Shown here in pieces: positions 20,391 to 29,165 of a stretch of 64,000 bases of DNA. The DNA is taken from the NCBI RefSeq assembly GCF_017744555.1, contig NZ_JAGIBD010000019.1, positions 2,404 to 66,403 on the forward strand, in the 5' to 3' direction. Origin of the DNA: Cellulomonas sp. (GTDB lineage Bacteria > Actinomycetota > Actinomycetes > Actinomycetales > Cellulomonadaceae). Position 1 is the stretch's first letter, and each line of letters starts with the position of its first letter. The notes under the pieces were generated by a model that made no database searches, was not told where the DNA came from, and saw only the letters and a list, made by a program, of their open reading frames with translations. The position numbers were made by a program, and so were the translations under genes.

Positions 20391-21947
20391 CGCGTACACC
20401 GCGTCGTTCGCGAGCGCGGCCACGCGTGCGCGGACGTACGGCAGCTGGTCGAACAGGTTCTGCCCGGGGCATGAGGTGAGCTGGGCGTCCCGGTGTGCGT
20501 AGATGGTCGGGAACGTGACGACCGTGCCTTCCGGGTACTTCGACGCACCACCGCCCGACACCATCGTCACGGCGCTGCCGCCCAGGATGCGGAACGTCTT
20601 GAACTTCCACGAGATGAGCTGGCTCAGCGACTCGAGCATGGCGCCCGACGGGGCCGCGGTGCTGTAGTCGCCGATCGCCGCGATCCCGATGGTGCGGCTG
20701 TTGAACCCGCCGGTGTGCACACCGATGACGGCCTTCGTGATGCTGCCCGCGCGGCCCTCGAAGACGCGGCCGAACTTGTCGACGAGGAAGTTGTAGCCGA
20801 GGTCGCACCAGCCACGGCCGCCGGCCGCCTCGGGGCGCGTGTGGTACTCGAGGAAGCCGCGTAGCAGGCCGGGGACGTCGTCGGGCCCGTAGTCGTTGGT
20901 CGACGCGGTGTGGTGGACCGCCGCCGCGAGCGTCGTCGGGGCGAGGTCGGCGTTGCACGTGCGCAGCGACTCGTCCGCGCCCCAGGCGGCACGCGTGATG
21001 ATCGCCGGGCCGACCGCGGCGGCCGTCGGGACGACCGTGGCGGAGGTCCTGCGCACGAGCGAGGCGTTCCGGACGACGGCGCCACCCGTCGACGACGCCC
21101 CGTTCGCGGCGGCGTCGGCGGGGTCCTCGCCCGGGTCGATCAGGACCGCCTTCAGCCCGGTGATCGAGCCGGTCGCCGCCTCGGCCCAGATCTGCAGGCC
21201 GTCGGCGTGCAGCGCCACGACGGGGTCGGTCGCGCCACGGTGACCGCCGGCACGGTCGTCCGCGCCGCCCGCGTCGGGTGCGAGGTCGGACTGGCCGACG
21301 GCCTCCCAGTCGCTCCACCGGTCGGCCTGCCGCACGCGGTAGCGGATCACGGGGTCGCTCAGGCCGCGGGTCTCGTCCCAGCTCACACCCAGCACGGAGA
21401 ACGGGGCTGTGTCGAGCTCGCCGGTGAGCACGTCGGGGTCGGGCGCGGGCCCGTCCGCGTCGGCTCCCTGCGGTCCGGTCGGCGGCGGTGTGGCGGCCGG
21501 TGCGGCTGCGTCCGGCGTCGTGCTCGGCGCGGCCACGGACGGCGTGGCAGACGGGGTCGGAGTCGTCGTGGTCGCAGGCGGCGTCGCCGTGGCCGACGGT
21601 GTCGCGGGCACGTGCGTCGCCGGTGGCGCGTCGGCCGCCGTGGTGCGCCATGCGGCGGTGGTGACCCGCGCGCGCGACGTGGAGGCCGCAGCCGGGGCGA
21701 CCGCCGGGGCAGTCGTCGGCGACGGCGTGGCGACGACGTCGAGAGCGGCGTCCTCGACGACCGGGGGAGCCTGTGCCGGCAGGTCCTCCAAGGCGGCCCG
21801 GTCGACGCCGCTCAGGTCGAGCTCGTCGACCGAGACCGAGGCCGCGCGCGTCGTGGCCGCCTGGGCGGGTCTAGGGGCCAGTCCCGCGGTGACGGGTGTG
21901 CCGACCAGGAGAGCCAGCGCGAGAAGCCGCGACACCGGACCGATCAT
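19152..21947 (-). CDS. Secreted N-acetylmuramoyl-L-alanine amidase (Amidase_2/PGRP-like) with 4 C-terminal repeats
   Basis: Signal peptide; ITRAAWGADE, VHHTAS, GWCDLGYNFLVDKFGRVFEGRAG, HTGGFN, AHRD...TSCPG (Zn ligands intact); GGAGG RBS. Confidence 0.88.
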   Translation of the reverse strand: MIGPVSRLLALALLVGTPVTAGLAPRPAQAATTRAASVSVDELDLSGVDRAALEDLPAQAPPVVEDAALDVVATPSPTTAPAVAPAAASTSRARVTTAAWRTTAADAPPATHVPATPSATATPPATTTTPTPSATPSVAAPSTTPDAAAPAATPPPTGPQGADADGPAPDPDVLTGELDTAPFSVLGVSWDETRGLSDPVIRYRVRQADRWSDWEAVGQSDLAPDAGGADDRAGGHRGATDPVVALHADGLQIWAEAATGSITGLKAVLIDPGEDPADAAANGASSTGGAVVRNASLVRRTSATVVPTAAAVGPAIITRAAWGADESLRTCNADLAPTTLAAAVHHTASTNDYGPDDVPGLLRGFLEYHTRPEAAGGRGWCDLGYNFLVDKFGRVFEGRAGSITKAVIGVHTGGFNSRTIGIAAIGDYSTAAPSGAMLESLSQLISWKFKTFRILGGSAVTMVSGGGASKYPEGTVVTFPTIYAHRDAQLTSCPGQNLFDQLPYVRARVAALANDAVYASPIWSLDSFGADSSAIYGGGWVLDPESTESLEVTVTVDGVDTRFVAGGSRPDLAGPFPGNGTLHGFSFRIPAPGGSHEVCLTARNVGAGNDVMFGCDWKTVTNAAPFGSLDAVSSTSTSIRVAGWALDPDTTAPVVLHVYLRDSLTAITADGYRPDVDAVFHKGPRHGFDATLPASPGVHNVCVYAINQPVGVNQQLGCRTVQVGSPPVGVVDSAAAGNGVATVTGWAFDPDTSASVGVHVYVDGAWATATTAATPRPDVAAAYRISGDHGYAVSFPIATGTHRVCLYAIDTSGGYNPEIGCRLLTVTNAPPIGVVDSVVASGGQVTVRGWAFDPDTSASISVHVFVDGGWRTATTAATPRPDVSAVYRIAGDHGYGVTLPVAAGSHRVCAYAIDSAGGYNPEIGCRMVTVG

Positions 21948-22144
21948 CGTGTTCCTCCCCTGAGCGGCCGCAGGCGGCGACCGTGGCCATTGGACCATGG
22001 GGCACCGCGGATGCGGCGGTGCACACTCCGGGGTCGGTCGCACCGGACCGCTCGCGCGACCGGGACGCAGAGGCTGGACCGGTATCCTCACGGGGGCCCG
22101 CGTCTGGGCCAACCCACCGGCCGGCCACGAGGAGTCGACGAAGA

Positions 22145-24172
22145 ATGCAGGATGTCGAGTCGACACGCACGACCCGCCCGGCGGCCGACCTCCGGCACTC
22201 CCTGCTCCTGCTGTACGTCCGCCTGACCCGACCGAGCACCATGCCGCTGCGGCGCCAGCTCCTGATCGGGCTCGCGGCGTACGCCGTGCTGCTCGTGCTG
22301 CTCGTCGCGTTCGGGATCAACGGCTCGTCGATGGGCCTGCTGTACGCCGAGATGTTCGGCACGCGCGACCCCGCCATCCTGCGCGGCACACCGCGCGCGA
22401 TCCGCAGCGACGAGTGGCTCGTCGTCTCGCCGCTCACCGTCGCGCAGGTCCAGGAGGGGCTGCCGCGGACGAGTGGCTTGTTCCCGGGCGGGTTCGACAC
22501 CTCGATCGTCTGGGACCTGCCGTACCGCGAGTGGTCGGTGCTCCTGCGACCCCACATGTGGGGATTCTTCTTCCTGCCGCTCGACAACGCGTACGCCATG
22601 AAGTGGTGGCTGCCGTTCCTCACGATGGCGGCCGCGGTGTTCGTGCTCCTGTGCACGCTGTGGCGCCGGCCGCTGGCGTCGTTCGCCGTCGCGGGGGCGT
22701 TCGCCGCGGCGCCGTTCTTCCAGTGGTGGTTCGGGTCCGGCAGCTTCTGGCCGCCGGCCGCTGCCGTCGCGGCGTGCGCCGGCACCGTCCTCATGCTGAG
22801 GACCGACCGCACCTGGGTGCGCTGGGTGGTCGCCGCCGTCGTCTCCTACCTCGTTGTCGTCGCGGTGGTCGCCCTGTACCCGCCGTACCTGATCCCGTGC
22901 CTCTACCCCGCGGTCGGGTTCGTCGCCGGGTGGCTGCTGGTCGCCCGGGGCCTCCCGTGGCGCGACCGGCTCCGGCGGGTCGCGCCGCTGGCCGTCGGCG
23001 CCGTCGTGGCGGGGCTCGTGCTCGTCGCGTTCCTGCTGACCCGGCGCGACACGATCGACGCGGTCGTGTCGACCGTCTACCCGGGGCAGCGGCTGACCCC
23101 GACCGGGAGCTCGTCGACGTTCTCGGCCCTCGCGATGTTCGCCGGGGTGTTCGGCATCGGTCTGCGCGCCGCCGACACCACCGGGTTCGCCGCGAACCAG
23201 TCCGAGGGGTCGAGCTTCATCTTCTTCGGTCTGTACCTGGTGCCCTCGGCGCTGTGGCTCGTCTGGTCGCGGTGGCGCCGCGGGCGCGGCGTGGACTGGG
23301 CGATCGTCGGCGTGCTCGCGTCGCTCGCGCTGCTCTTCGCGTTCGTCTACGTGCCCGGGTGGGACGCGATCGCCCACCTGCTGCTGCTCGACCGGGTCGT
23401 CGGCCCGCGCATCGTCATCGGGATGGGCGTCGGGTCGATCCTGCTCCTGGCCCTCGTCGTCGCGCGCCTACGGGACCTCGAGGACGTGCGGATCCCCGTG
23501 TGGACCACCGCGGCGTCCGTCGCGACCGTGCTGGTCTGGCACTGGGCGGTGCACGTCGGCCTGACGAGGAACGCGCCGCAGGTCCTCGAGGCCTCGATCG
23601 CGTGGGGGGTGCTGCTCGCGATGCTCACCGTCGCGATCGGGATGTTCTCGCGTGGCCGGGCCACCGTCCCCGGCGTGCTCGTCGCGCTCGTCGCGCTCGT
23701 CGTGGCGGGCTGGGTCAACCCGATCTACCGCGGCGTGTTCGACATGCGCGCCACCGACGTCGGCCGGGCGATCGAGGAGGTCGACTCGGAGGACCCGGGG
23801 TCGTGGGTCTCCGTCGGCGGGCCCGCCGGGACGGCCGTGCTGCGCGAGACCGGCGTCGAGGCGTACAGCGGCGTGCAGGGCTGGCCGTCGCTGCCGATGT
23901 GGGACGACCTCGACCCCGAGGGCGACGACGAGCAGTCGTGGAACCGGTACGCGCACGTCAACTGGACCGCGGACCCGGCAGCCCCCGAGATCGTGCTGGT
24001 CACCGCGGACGTCGTCCAGGTGCGGCTCGACTCGTGCGGTCCGATCGCCCAGGAGAACATCGAGCACGTGCTCAGCCAGCAGCCGATCGACCAGCCGTGC
24101 CTGCGCGAGGTCGAGTCGGTCCCTGAGGGCGGGTCGACGTTCCACATCTACGAGGTCGTGCCGAAGCCCTAG
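22145..24172 (+). CDS. Polytopic membrane protein, probable GT-C fold glycosyltransferase
   Basis: First extracytoplasmic loop with RAIRSDEW acidic motif; TVYPGQR; many TM helices; soluble C-terminal domain (WNRYAH); start uncertain. Confidence 0.62.
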   Translation: MQDVESTRTTRPAADLRHSLLLLYVRLTRPSTMPLRRQLLIGLAAYAVLLVLLVAFGINGSSMGLLYAEMFGTRDPAILRGTPRAIRSDEWLVVSPLTVAQVQEGLPRTSGLFPGGFDTSIVWDLPYREWSVLLRPHMWGFFFLPLDNAYAMKWWLPFLTMAAAVFVLLCTLWRRPLASFAVAGAFAAAPFFQWWFGSGSFWPPAAAVAACAGTVLMLRTDRTWVRWVVAAVVSYLVVVAVVALYPPYLIPCLYPAVGFVAGWLLVARGLPWRDRLRRVAPLAVGAVVAGLVLVAFLLTRRDTIDAVVSTVYPGQRLTPTGSSSTFSALAMFAGVFGIGLRAADTTGFAANQSEGSSFIFFGLYLVPSALWLVWSRWRRGRGVDWAIVGVLASLALLFAFVYVPGWDAIAHLLLLDRVVGPRIVIGMGVGSILLLALVVARLRDLEDVRIPVWTTAASVATVLVWHWAVHVGLTRNAPQVLEASIAWGVLLAMLTVAIGMFSRGRATVPGVLVALVALVVAGWVNPIYRGVFDMRATDVGRAIEEVDSEDPGSWVSVGGPAGTAVLRETGVEAYSGVQGWPSLPMWDDLDPEGDDEQSWNRYAHVNWTADPAAPEIVLVTADVVQVRLDSCGPIAQENIEHVLSQQPIDQPCLREVESVPEGGSTFHIYEVVPKP

Positions 24173-24224
24173 ACCCGACCTCGTGGGTGTCCGCTCCGTG
24201 ACGTGGGGCCCGGGGCCCCGCGGT

Positions 24225-24608
24225 TCAGGAGCCGTCCCCGTTCGGTGCCTCCGCCGGACCCGTGACTCGGTCCGCGAGCTCGTTCACGTCCAAGCGCAGC
24301 AGAGCGATCTCCTCGGCGAGCGTGCGTGTCTCTTCCTCGAGGTTGGATACCTCGGTGGACAGCTGGATGCACACGAGCAGGAGGACGACGAACGCGGCCG
24401 CGAACAGCAGGTTCACGGGGGTCTCGACGCCGACGAGGTCGGAGAGCCAGAACGCGAGCCGGGGGAACAGCGCCAGGATGCTCACGGCGACGGCGAGGGC
24501 AATCCAGATGCCGGCGTACTTCTCGCGGATGCGGCGGGTCCGGAGCAGGAAGAACAGGAGCCCGACGACGAGGATGCACAGGGCCAGCGCGAAGACGTAC
24601 CCGCTCAT
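24225..24608 (-). CDS. DUF2304 family membrane protein (GacJ/Rv3632-like activator)
   Basis: LLRTRRIREKYAGIW, LVGVETPVNLLF, LEEETRTLAEEIALLR; ATGA overlap with upstream GT2. Confidence 0.85.
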   Translation of the reverse strand: MSGYVFALALCILVVGLLFFLLRTRRIREKYAGIWIALAVAVSILALFPRLAFWLSDLVGVETPVNLLFAAAFVVLLLVCIQLSTEVSNLEEETRTLAEEIALLRLDVNELADRVTGPAEAPNGDGS

Positions 24609-25351
24609 GCGACGGCTCCCTCGGCGGCGATCGGCTCGCTCGGGCGCGAGAGGGCGACGAGCAGGGCGAGCAGCGCCCGGCCCAGGAAGATGGCGGCCTT
24701 GACAGGGCTGTGCGACGGCCGGCCGCCGGCGCGTGGCCGCATCCGCACGCCGACCTGCCGGACGGTGAGTCCCGCGCGGGACGCGATGACGAGCGACTCG
24801 ATCGTGTCGCCGAGGTACTCGGCCGGGTAGTTGGCCGCGAACAGGGCGATCGCGGACCGCCCGCAGGCCTTGAACCCCGACGTGGTGTCCGTCAGGCGGG
24901 TCCCGGTCACGCGGGACAGGACCGTCGACAGAATCGACATGGTCCAGCGGCGGGGCCCGCGGACGACGTAGTCGCCGACACCCGCGAAGCGGGCGCCGAT
25001 GACGATGTCGGCGGACTCCGCGACCATCGTCTCGAGGAGCATGCGCACCTCGGCGGGGTCGTGCTGGCCGTCCGCGTCGAGCTGGACCGTGTAGTCGTAG
25101 CCTTGTCGGTGCGCCATCACGTAGCCGGCGCGCATCGCTCCGCCGACACCCAGGTTGATCGGCAGGTCGAGGACCCGTGCGCCCGCCTGGCGGGCGAGCT
25201 CCGAGGTGCGGTCGGTCGACCCGTCGTTCACGACGACCACGTCCGCGTCGGGGAGGACACCGTTGATCTCGCGGACGATGGCCCCGACCGTCGCCTGCTC
25301 GTTCCATGCCGGGACGATGATGAGGAGGCGCGGCTCCGGGCTCACAGGCAC
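24605..25351 (-). CDS. Polyprenol-phosphate sugar synthase-type GT2 (GacI/PpgS-like)
   Basis: IIVPAWNE, VNDGSTD, NLGVGGAM, QLDADGQHDP, DTTSGFKA, YPAEYLGD; coupled to DUF2304. Confidence 0.85.
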   Translation of the reverse strand: MPVSPEPRLLIIVPAWNEQATVGAIVREINGVLPDADVVVVNDGSTDRTSELARQAGARVLDLPINLGVGGAMRAGYVMAHRQGYDYTVQLDADGQHDPAEVRMLLETMVAESADIVIGARFAGVGDYVVRGPRRWTMSILSTVLSRVTGTRLTDTTSGFKACGRSAIALFAANYPAEYLGDTIESLVIASRAGLTVRQVGVRMRPRAGGRPSHSPVKAAIFLGRALLALLVALSRPSEPIAAEGAVA

Positions 25352-25412
25352 CCCTGGATCCTATGACGGCGACCGGTGGTGGACGCCGAGCGCCGCTGTG
25401 TCGCCGACGCCC

Positions 25413-26651
25413 TCATCGAGCCTCCAGCGATCGCTCGACGACGTCGACGACGCGGTCCCAGTTGTAGGTGCGTGCGATGCGCTGGCGGCCGGCCTCACCC
25501 ATCTCGTGGGCGCGGGCGCGGTCGCCGAGGACGGCGGCCAGCCGCGCGCCGGTCGTCTCGCTGTCCGTCGGGTCCACGAGGTACCCGCTGACCCCGTCCT
25601 CGACGTCCTCGCCGGTCACGCCCGAGCGCACGACGGGCGTGCCGCACGCGAGCGCCTCCTTGACGGGCAGCGACATCGTGGTGGCACCGGAGACGGCCGA
25701 CGTGCCGGTCTGCAGCAGCACGTCGGCGACCGAGTACACGCGGGGGAGGTCGACGAACGGCAGGAAGCCGAGATAGTCGATCTGGTCGGCCACGCCGAGG
25801 CTGCGGGCCCGCGCCATCATGCGCTCGAGCTCCGGCGGGTCCTCGCGGGTCGTGGTGATCGCCAGACGGGCACCCGGGACGGTGCGGGCGGCCACGGCGA
25901 ACGCGTCGATCGCCAGGTCGGTGCGCTTGATCGGGGAGAAGTCCGTCGAGTGCACGACACGGGGCGCGTCCCCGAGGCGTGCGCGCAGGTCGCCGACCTC
26001 GTCGGGCGCATAGGGCCGGAAGAACTCGGTGTCGACGCCGGCGTACGTGCACTCGGCGTCGTCGCGGCCGTACGTGAGCCTGAGCTGCGTCGACGTGGCC
26101 TCGTTGAGCGTGAGGAGGGCGTCGGCGGCCTGGATGCCACGGGTGTCGACACGCCCGTACGCGGTCCGCAGGAAGGCGAGCAGCGCCTGCTTGGGCTTCG
26201 GGTACATCCCGATGACCTCGGCGTCGTGGAAGAACGGGAACGGCTCGAAGCACAGGCTCACGTGCCGCAGGCCGTGGGTCCTCGCCGCGTGCGCCGCGAC
26301 GTCGGGCATCGGGAAGAAGCTCGACACGAGCGCGCTCGCACCCGCGGCGGCCTGCGTGACCGCGCGCCGGTCGCGCGCGAGGAACGCCGGGAACGCCGCC
26401 CAGTACGCCATCGACGTCGAGTTCGGACCGCCGATCTCGCGCAGCGGCACACCGGCGTCGCCGTACCGCTCGCGCCACAGCGGCGACGCGCCCTCGACCA
26501 TGACCTCGACCGGCCTGCGCTCCGCCAGCCGCCGGGTCACCTCGAAGATGAACTTGGTGCCGCCCAGCGGCAGCATGAAGTGGCTGTGCAGCCACAGGAC
26601 GGGCTTGCGGGCGTCAGCCACGGCGGGAGCGGGGTCGCGCCTGCGCAGCAC
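25413..26651 (-). CDS. Glycosyltransferase family 4 (divergent)
   Basis: GT-B pattern: LGGTKFI, GVDTEFF, IKRTDLAI, SLPVKEALACGTPVV, SGYLVDP; start 26651 or 26621. Confidence 0.8.
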   Translation of the reverse strand: MLRRRDPAPAVADARKPVLWLHSHFMLPLGGTKFIFEVTRRLAERRPVEVMVEGASPLWRERYGDAGVPLREIGGPNSTSMAYWAAFPAFLARDRRAVTQAAAGASALVSSFFPMPDVAAHAARTHGLRHVSLCFEPFPFFHDAEVIGMYPKPKQALLAFLRTAYGRVDTRGIQAADALLTLNEATSTQLRLTYGRDDAECTYAGVDTEFFRPYAPDEVGDLRARLGDAPRVVHSTDFSPIKRTDLAIDAFAVAARTVPGARLAITTTREDPPELERMMARARSLGVADQIDYLGFLPFVDLPRVYSVADVLLQTGTSAVSGATTMSLPVKEALACGTPVVRSGVTGEDVEDGVSGYLVDPTDSETTGARLAAVLGDRARAHEMGEAGRQRIARTYNWDRVVDVVERSLEAR

Positions 26652-26805
26652 GGACGTCGCCGGCCGCGCCGTTCCTCGCTCGCTGAGCCATTCCTGTCGT
26701 CACCGTGCCACCTCTCCGCGTCCTCGCCGTGGACAGCGCGTCGACGGCCGCAGGAAGCCTACCCGCCGGGCTGCACGGGCCCGTTCGCGAGGCGCGCCGA
26801 CCTCG

Positions 26806-28092
26806 TCACACCACCGAGCGCGACGCCCGCTGCACGGCCGCGGCGTGGATCGCGATGCCGACGAGCGGACCGACCGCGAGCGCGAGCACCGCGCGTCCGT
26901 CGATCCCCAGCGGGACGAGGAGCAGCGTGAACGACGTGACGGTCGCGGCGAGCCACCCCACGGCGAAGAGCGTGTGGCCGCCGGTGGCGAGCACGGCGGC
27001 CCCGGTGATCGTGAGGACGGCGAGGGCGGTCGCGCCGAGCGTGAGACCGGCGAGCACAGGGCCGGGCACGCCGTAGGCCGCCCCGAACAGCAGCCGGAGC
27101 AGCCACGGGCCGACGAGCGCGGCCGCGAGCGTCGCGAGCGCGCCGATCCCGGCGATCAGGGCCAGCACGCGGGTCAGCGCGCCGAGTCCCTGCCGGCGGT
27201 TCGCCATGAAGTGCGTGATGGCGACCCCCTGGTACGCGGCGAGCGGCATGAGCAGCGGTGCACGCGTGACGGAGATGGCGAGGATGAGGGGGGCGGCCGT
27301 CGCGAACTCCACGGTCGTCGACGTGAGCCGCAGCAGGACGGGGAACCCGACGACGAGCGCCGCGCTCGACGCCGCCGCGACCGCGGCCTTGCCGGTGTGC
27401 ACGAGCAGACGGGGCGCGGGCACGTCGGCGGTCGCGCCCAGCGCCGACCGCACGGGGCGGAACAGCACCGTGAGCACCAGCCACGTGCCGGACGCCAGCG
27501 CGACCGCGAGCTCGAGGCGGCCCATCGCCGCGCCGGTGACGACGACCACGACGACGAGCAGCAGCCGCGCGGCGGCCTCGGCGGCGACGAGCGCCGAGTA
27601 GCCGCCCCACTGCAGGCGCCCAGCGAGCACCCCGGCGACCGACGAGTGGCCGGCGAACATGACGGCGCCCACACCGACAGCGAGGACGGCGGAGAACCAA
27701 CTCTCGCCCAGGACGCGCGTGCCCCAGAACGGTGCGGTGACGGCGACGACGACCGCGGCGCACCCGCCGAGCAGCAGCCCCCACGGCACGAGCCGGGCGC
27801 CCGGCGTGGCGTCGGGCGGCGCCGCGTCGCGTGCGGCGTGGGCGGCCCGGGTCGACTCCGTCTGGACGCCGCCGAGGACCCCGTACACGCCGAACAGCAG
27901 GGACCAGAACACCAGGAAGTCGGCGTTGCGCGCCGGGTCGAGCGTCCGCGCGGCGAGCAGCAGGACGAGGTAGCCGCAGCCCGCGGCGACGACCGACGCG
28001 ATCCCGACGCCTGCCGCCCCGCCGCCCGAGATGGTGCGCTGCCCCGTGGCTCCCGGGTCGTCGTGGCCGGTGGTGCTCCCGTTGTCGGTCAC
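26806..28092 (-). CDS. Wzx/MOP-like flippase or polysaccharide biosynthesis membrane protein (Rv3630-like)
   Basis: About 12 TM helices; ARTLDPARNADFLVFWSLLFG, TRAPLLMPL; neighbours the PpgS/DUF2304 pair. Confidence 0.7.
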   Translation of the reverse strand: MTDNGSTTGHDDPGATGQRTISGGGAAGVGIASVVAAGCGYLVLLLAARTLDPARNADFLVFWSLLFGVYGVLGGVQTESTRAAHAARDAAPPDATPGARLVPWGLLLGGCAAVVVAVTAPFWGTRVLGESWFSAVLAVGVGAVMFAGHSSVAGVLAGRLQWGGYSALVAAEAAARLLLVVVVVVTGAAMGRLELAVALASGTWLVLTVLFRPVRSALGATADVPAPRLLVHTGKAAVAAASSAALVVGFPVLLRLTSTTVEFATAAPLILAISVTRAPLLMPLAAYQGVAITHFMANRRQGLGALTRVLALIAGIGALATLAAALVGPWLLRLLFGAAYGVPGPVLAGLTLGATALAVLTITGAAVLATGGHTLFAVGWLAATVTSFTLLLVPLGIDGRAVLALAVGPLVGIAIHAAAVQRASRSVV

Positions 28093-28176
28093 GCGTGGGC
28101 GGCTTCGCGGTTCGGCTGCATGGGGCCGTAGTCTGGCGCATCCACCCCGCACGTACGAACCTCGAAGGACTCCGCC

Positions 28177-29079
28177 ATGGCGCTCGACATCTTCGTCCCG
28201 TTCTGGGGAGACCCGGAGCTCCTCAAGGAGACGGTGCGGAGCGTGCAGGCGCAGACGGTCGACGACTGGCAGCTCACGGTCGTGGACGACGCGTATCCCG
28301 ACCCGACCGTCGCCGAGTACTTCGCAGCGCTCGACGACCCGCGCGTCACCTACGTGCGCAACGAGCAGAACCTCGGCATCACCGACAACTACCGGCGCTG
28401 CGTGAGCATGGCGACCGAGGAGCTCGTCGTCCTGCTCGGCTGCGACGACGTCATGCTGCCGGACTATGTCGCGACGGTGCTCGACGCCCACCGCCGGTTC
28501 CCGCAGGCGCACATCATCCAGCCCGGCGTCGAGGTCATCGGCGCCGACGGTGAGGTCGTCAGCACGCTGGTCGACACCGTCAAGCAGAAGGTGACCATGC
28601 CCCGCGCGAGCCAGCCGCGGCTGCTCGCGGGCGAGGAGCTCGCGGCGAGCCTGCTGCGCGCCGACTGGCTGTACTGGCCGTCGCTCGTCTTCCGCCGAGA
28701 GTCGATGGTCGCGGCCGGCTTCCGCGACGACTACCCCCTCATCCAGGACCTCGCGCTCGAGATCGACATCATCGCGGCCGGCGGCCCGCTGCTGCTCGTG
28801 CCGCACGTCTGCTTCCGGTACCGCCGGCACGACGCGAGCGCGTCGTCCGCGACGAGCGGCGGCGGCAAGAGGTTCGACGGCGAGCGCCGGTACTTCGCCG
28901 AGGCCGCCGAGCAGATGGCTGCCCTCGGGTGGCGTCGCGCGGCCCGCGCGGCGCGCTGGCACCTGACGTCGCGGGCGCACGCGCTCACGCTGCTGCCCCG
29001 GGTGCTCGTCGCACGTGACTCGGGCACCGTCCGGATGCTCGCGCACCACGCGTTCGCGCCGACGCGCCGTTCCGCCTGA
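28177..29079 (+). CDS. Glycosyltransferase family 2
   Basis: DIFVPFWGD, VVDDAYP, NLGITDNY, LGCDD, LIQDLAL, FRYRRH. Confidence 0.87.
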   Translation: MALDIFVPFWGDPELLKETVRSVQAQTVDDWQLTVVDDAYPDPTVAEYFAALDDPRVTYVRNEQNLGITDNYRRCVSMATEELVVLLGCDDVMLPDYVATVLDAHRRFPQAHIIQPGVEVIGADGEVVSTLVDTVKQKVTMPRASQPRLLAGEELAASLLRADWLYWPSLVFRRESMVAAGFRDDYPLIQDLALEIDIIAAGGPLLLVPHVCFRYRRHDASASSATSGGGKRFDGERRYFAEAAEQMAALGWRRAARAARWHLTSRAHALTLLPRVLVARDSGTVRMLAHHAFAPTRRSA

Positions 29080-29165
29080 GCGCGGTTTCGGTCCGTTCCC
29101 GGGCCCGTGAGAGACTGCTGCGGGCTCGCGACGGCGCGCTCGACCGTCGACGAAATGAGCAGCGA

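Noticed and set aside
21450-21760. Low-complexity Ala/Pro/Thr tracts (also 54290-54650 and 57480-57680)
   Set aside because: Ordinary disordered linkers within proteins, not independent repeat elements
28089-28121. Short uORF MQPNREAAHA overlapping the flippase start (and a 25-aa one at 26614-26691 before the GT4)
   Set aside because: Such short ORFs arise easily by chance; no conservation or translation evidence available
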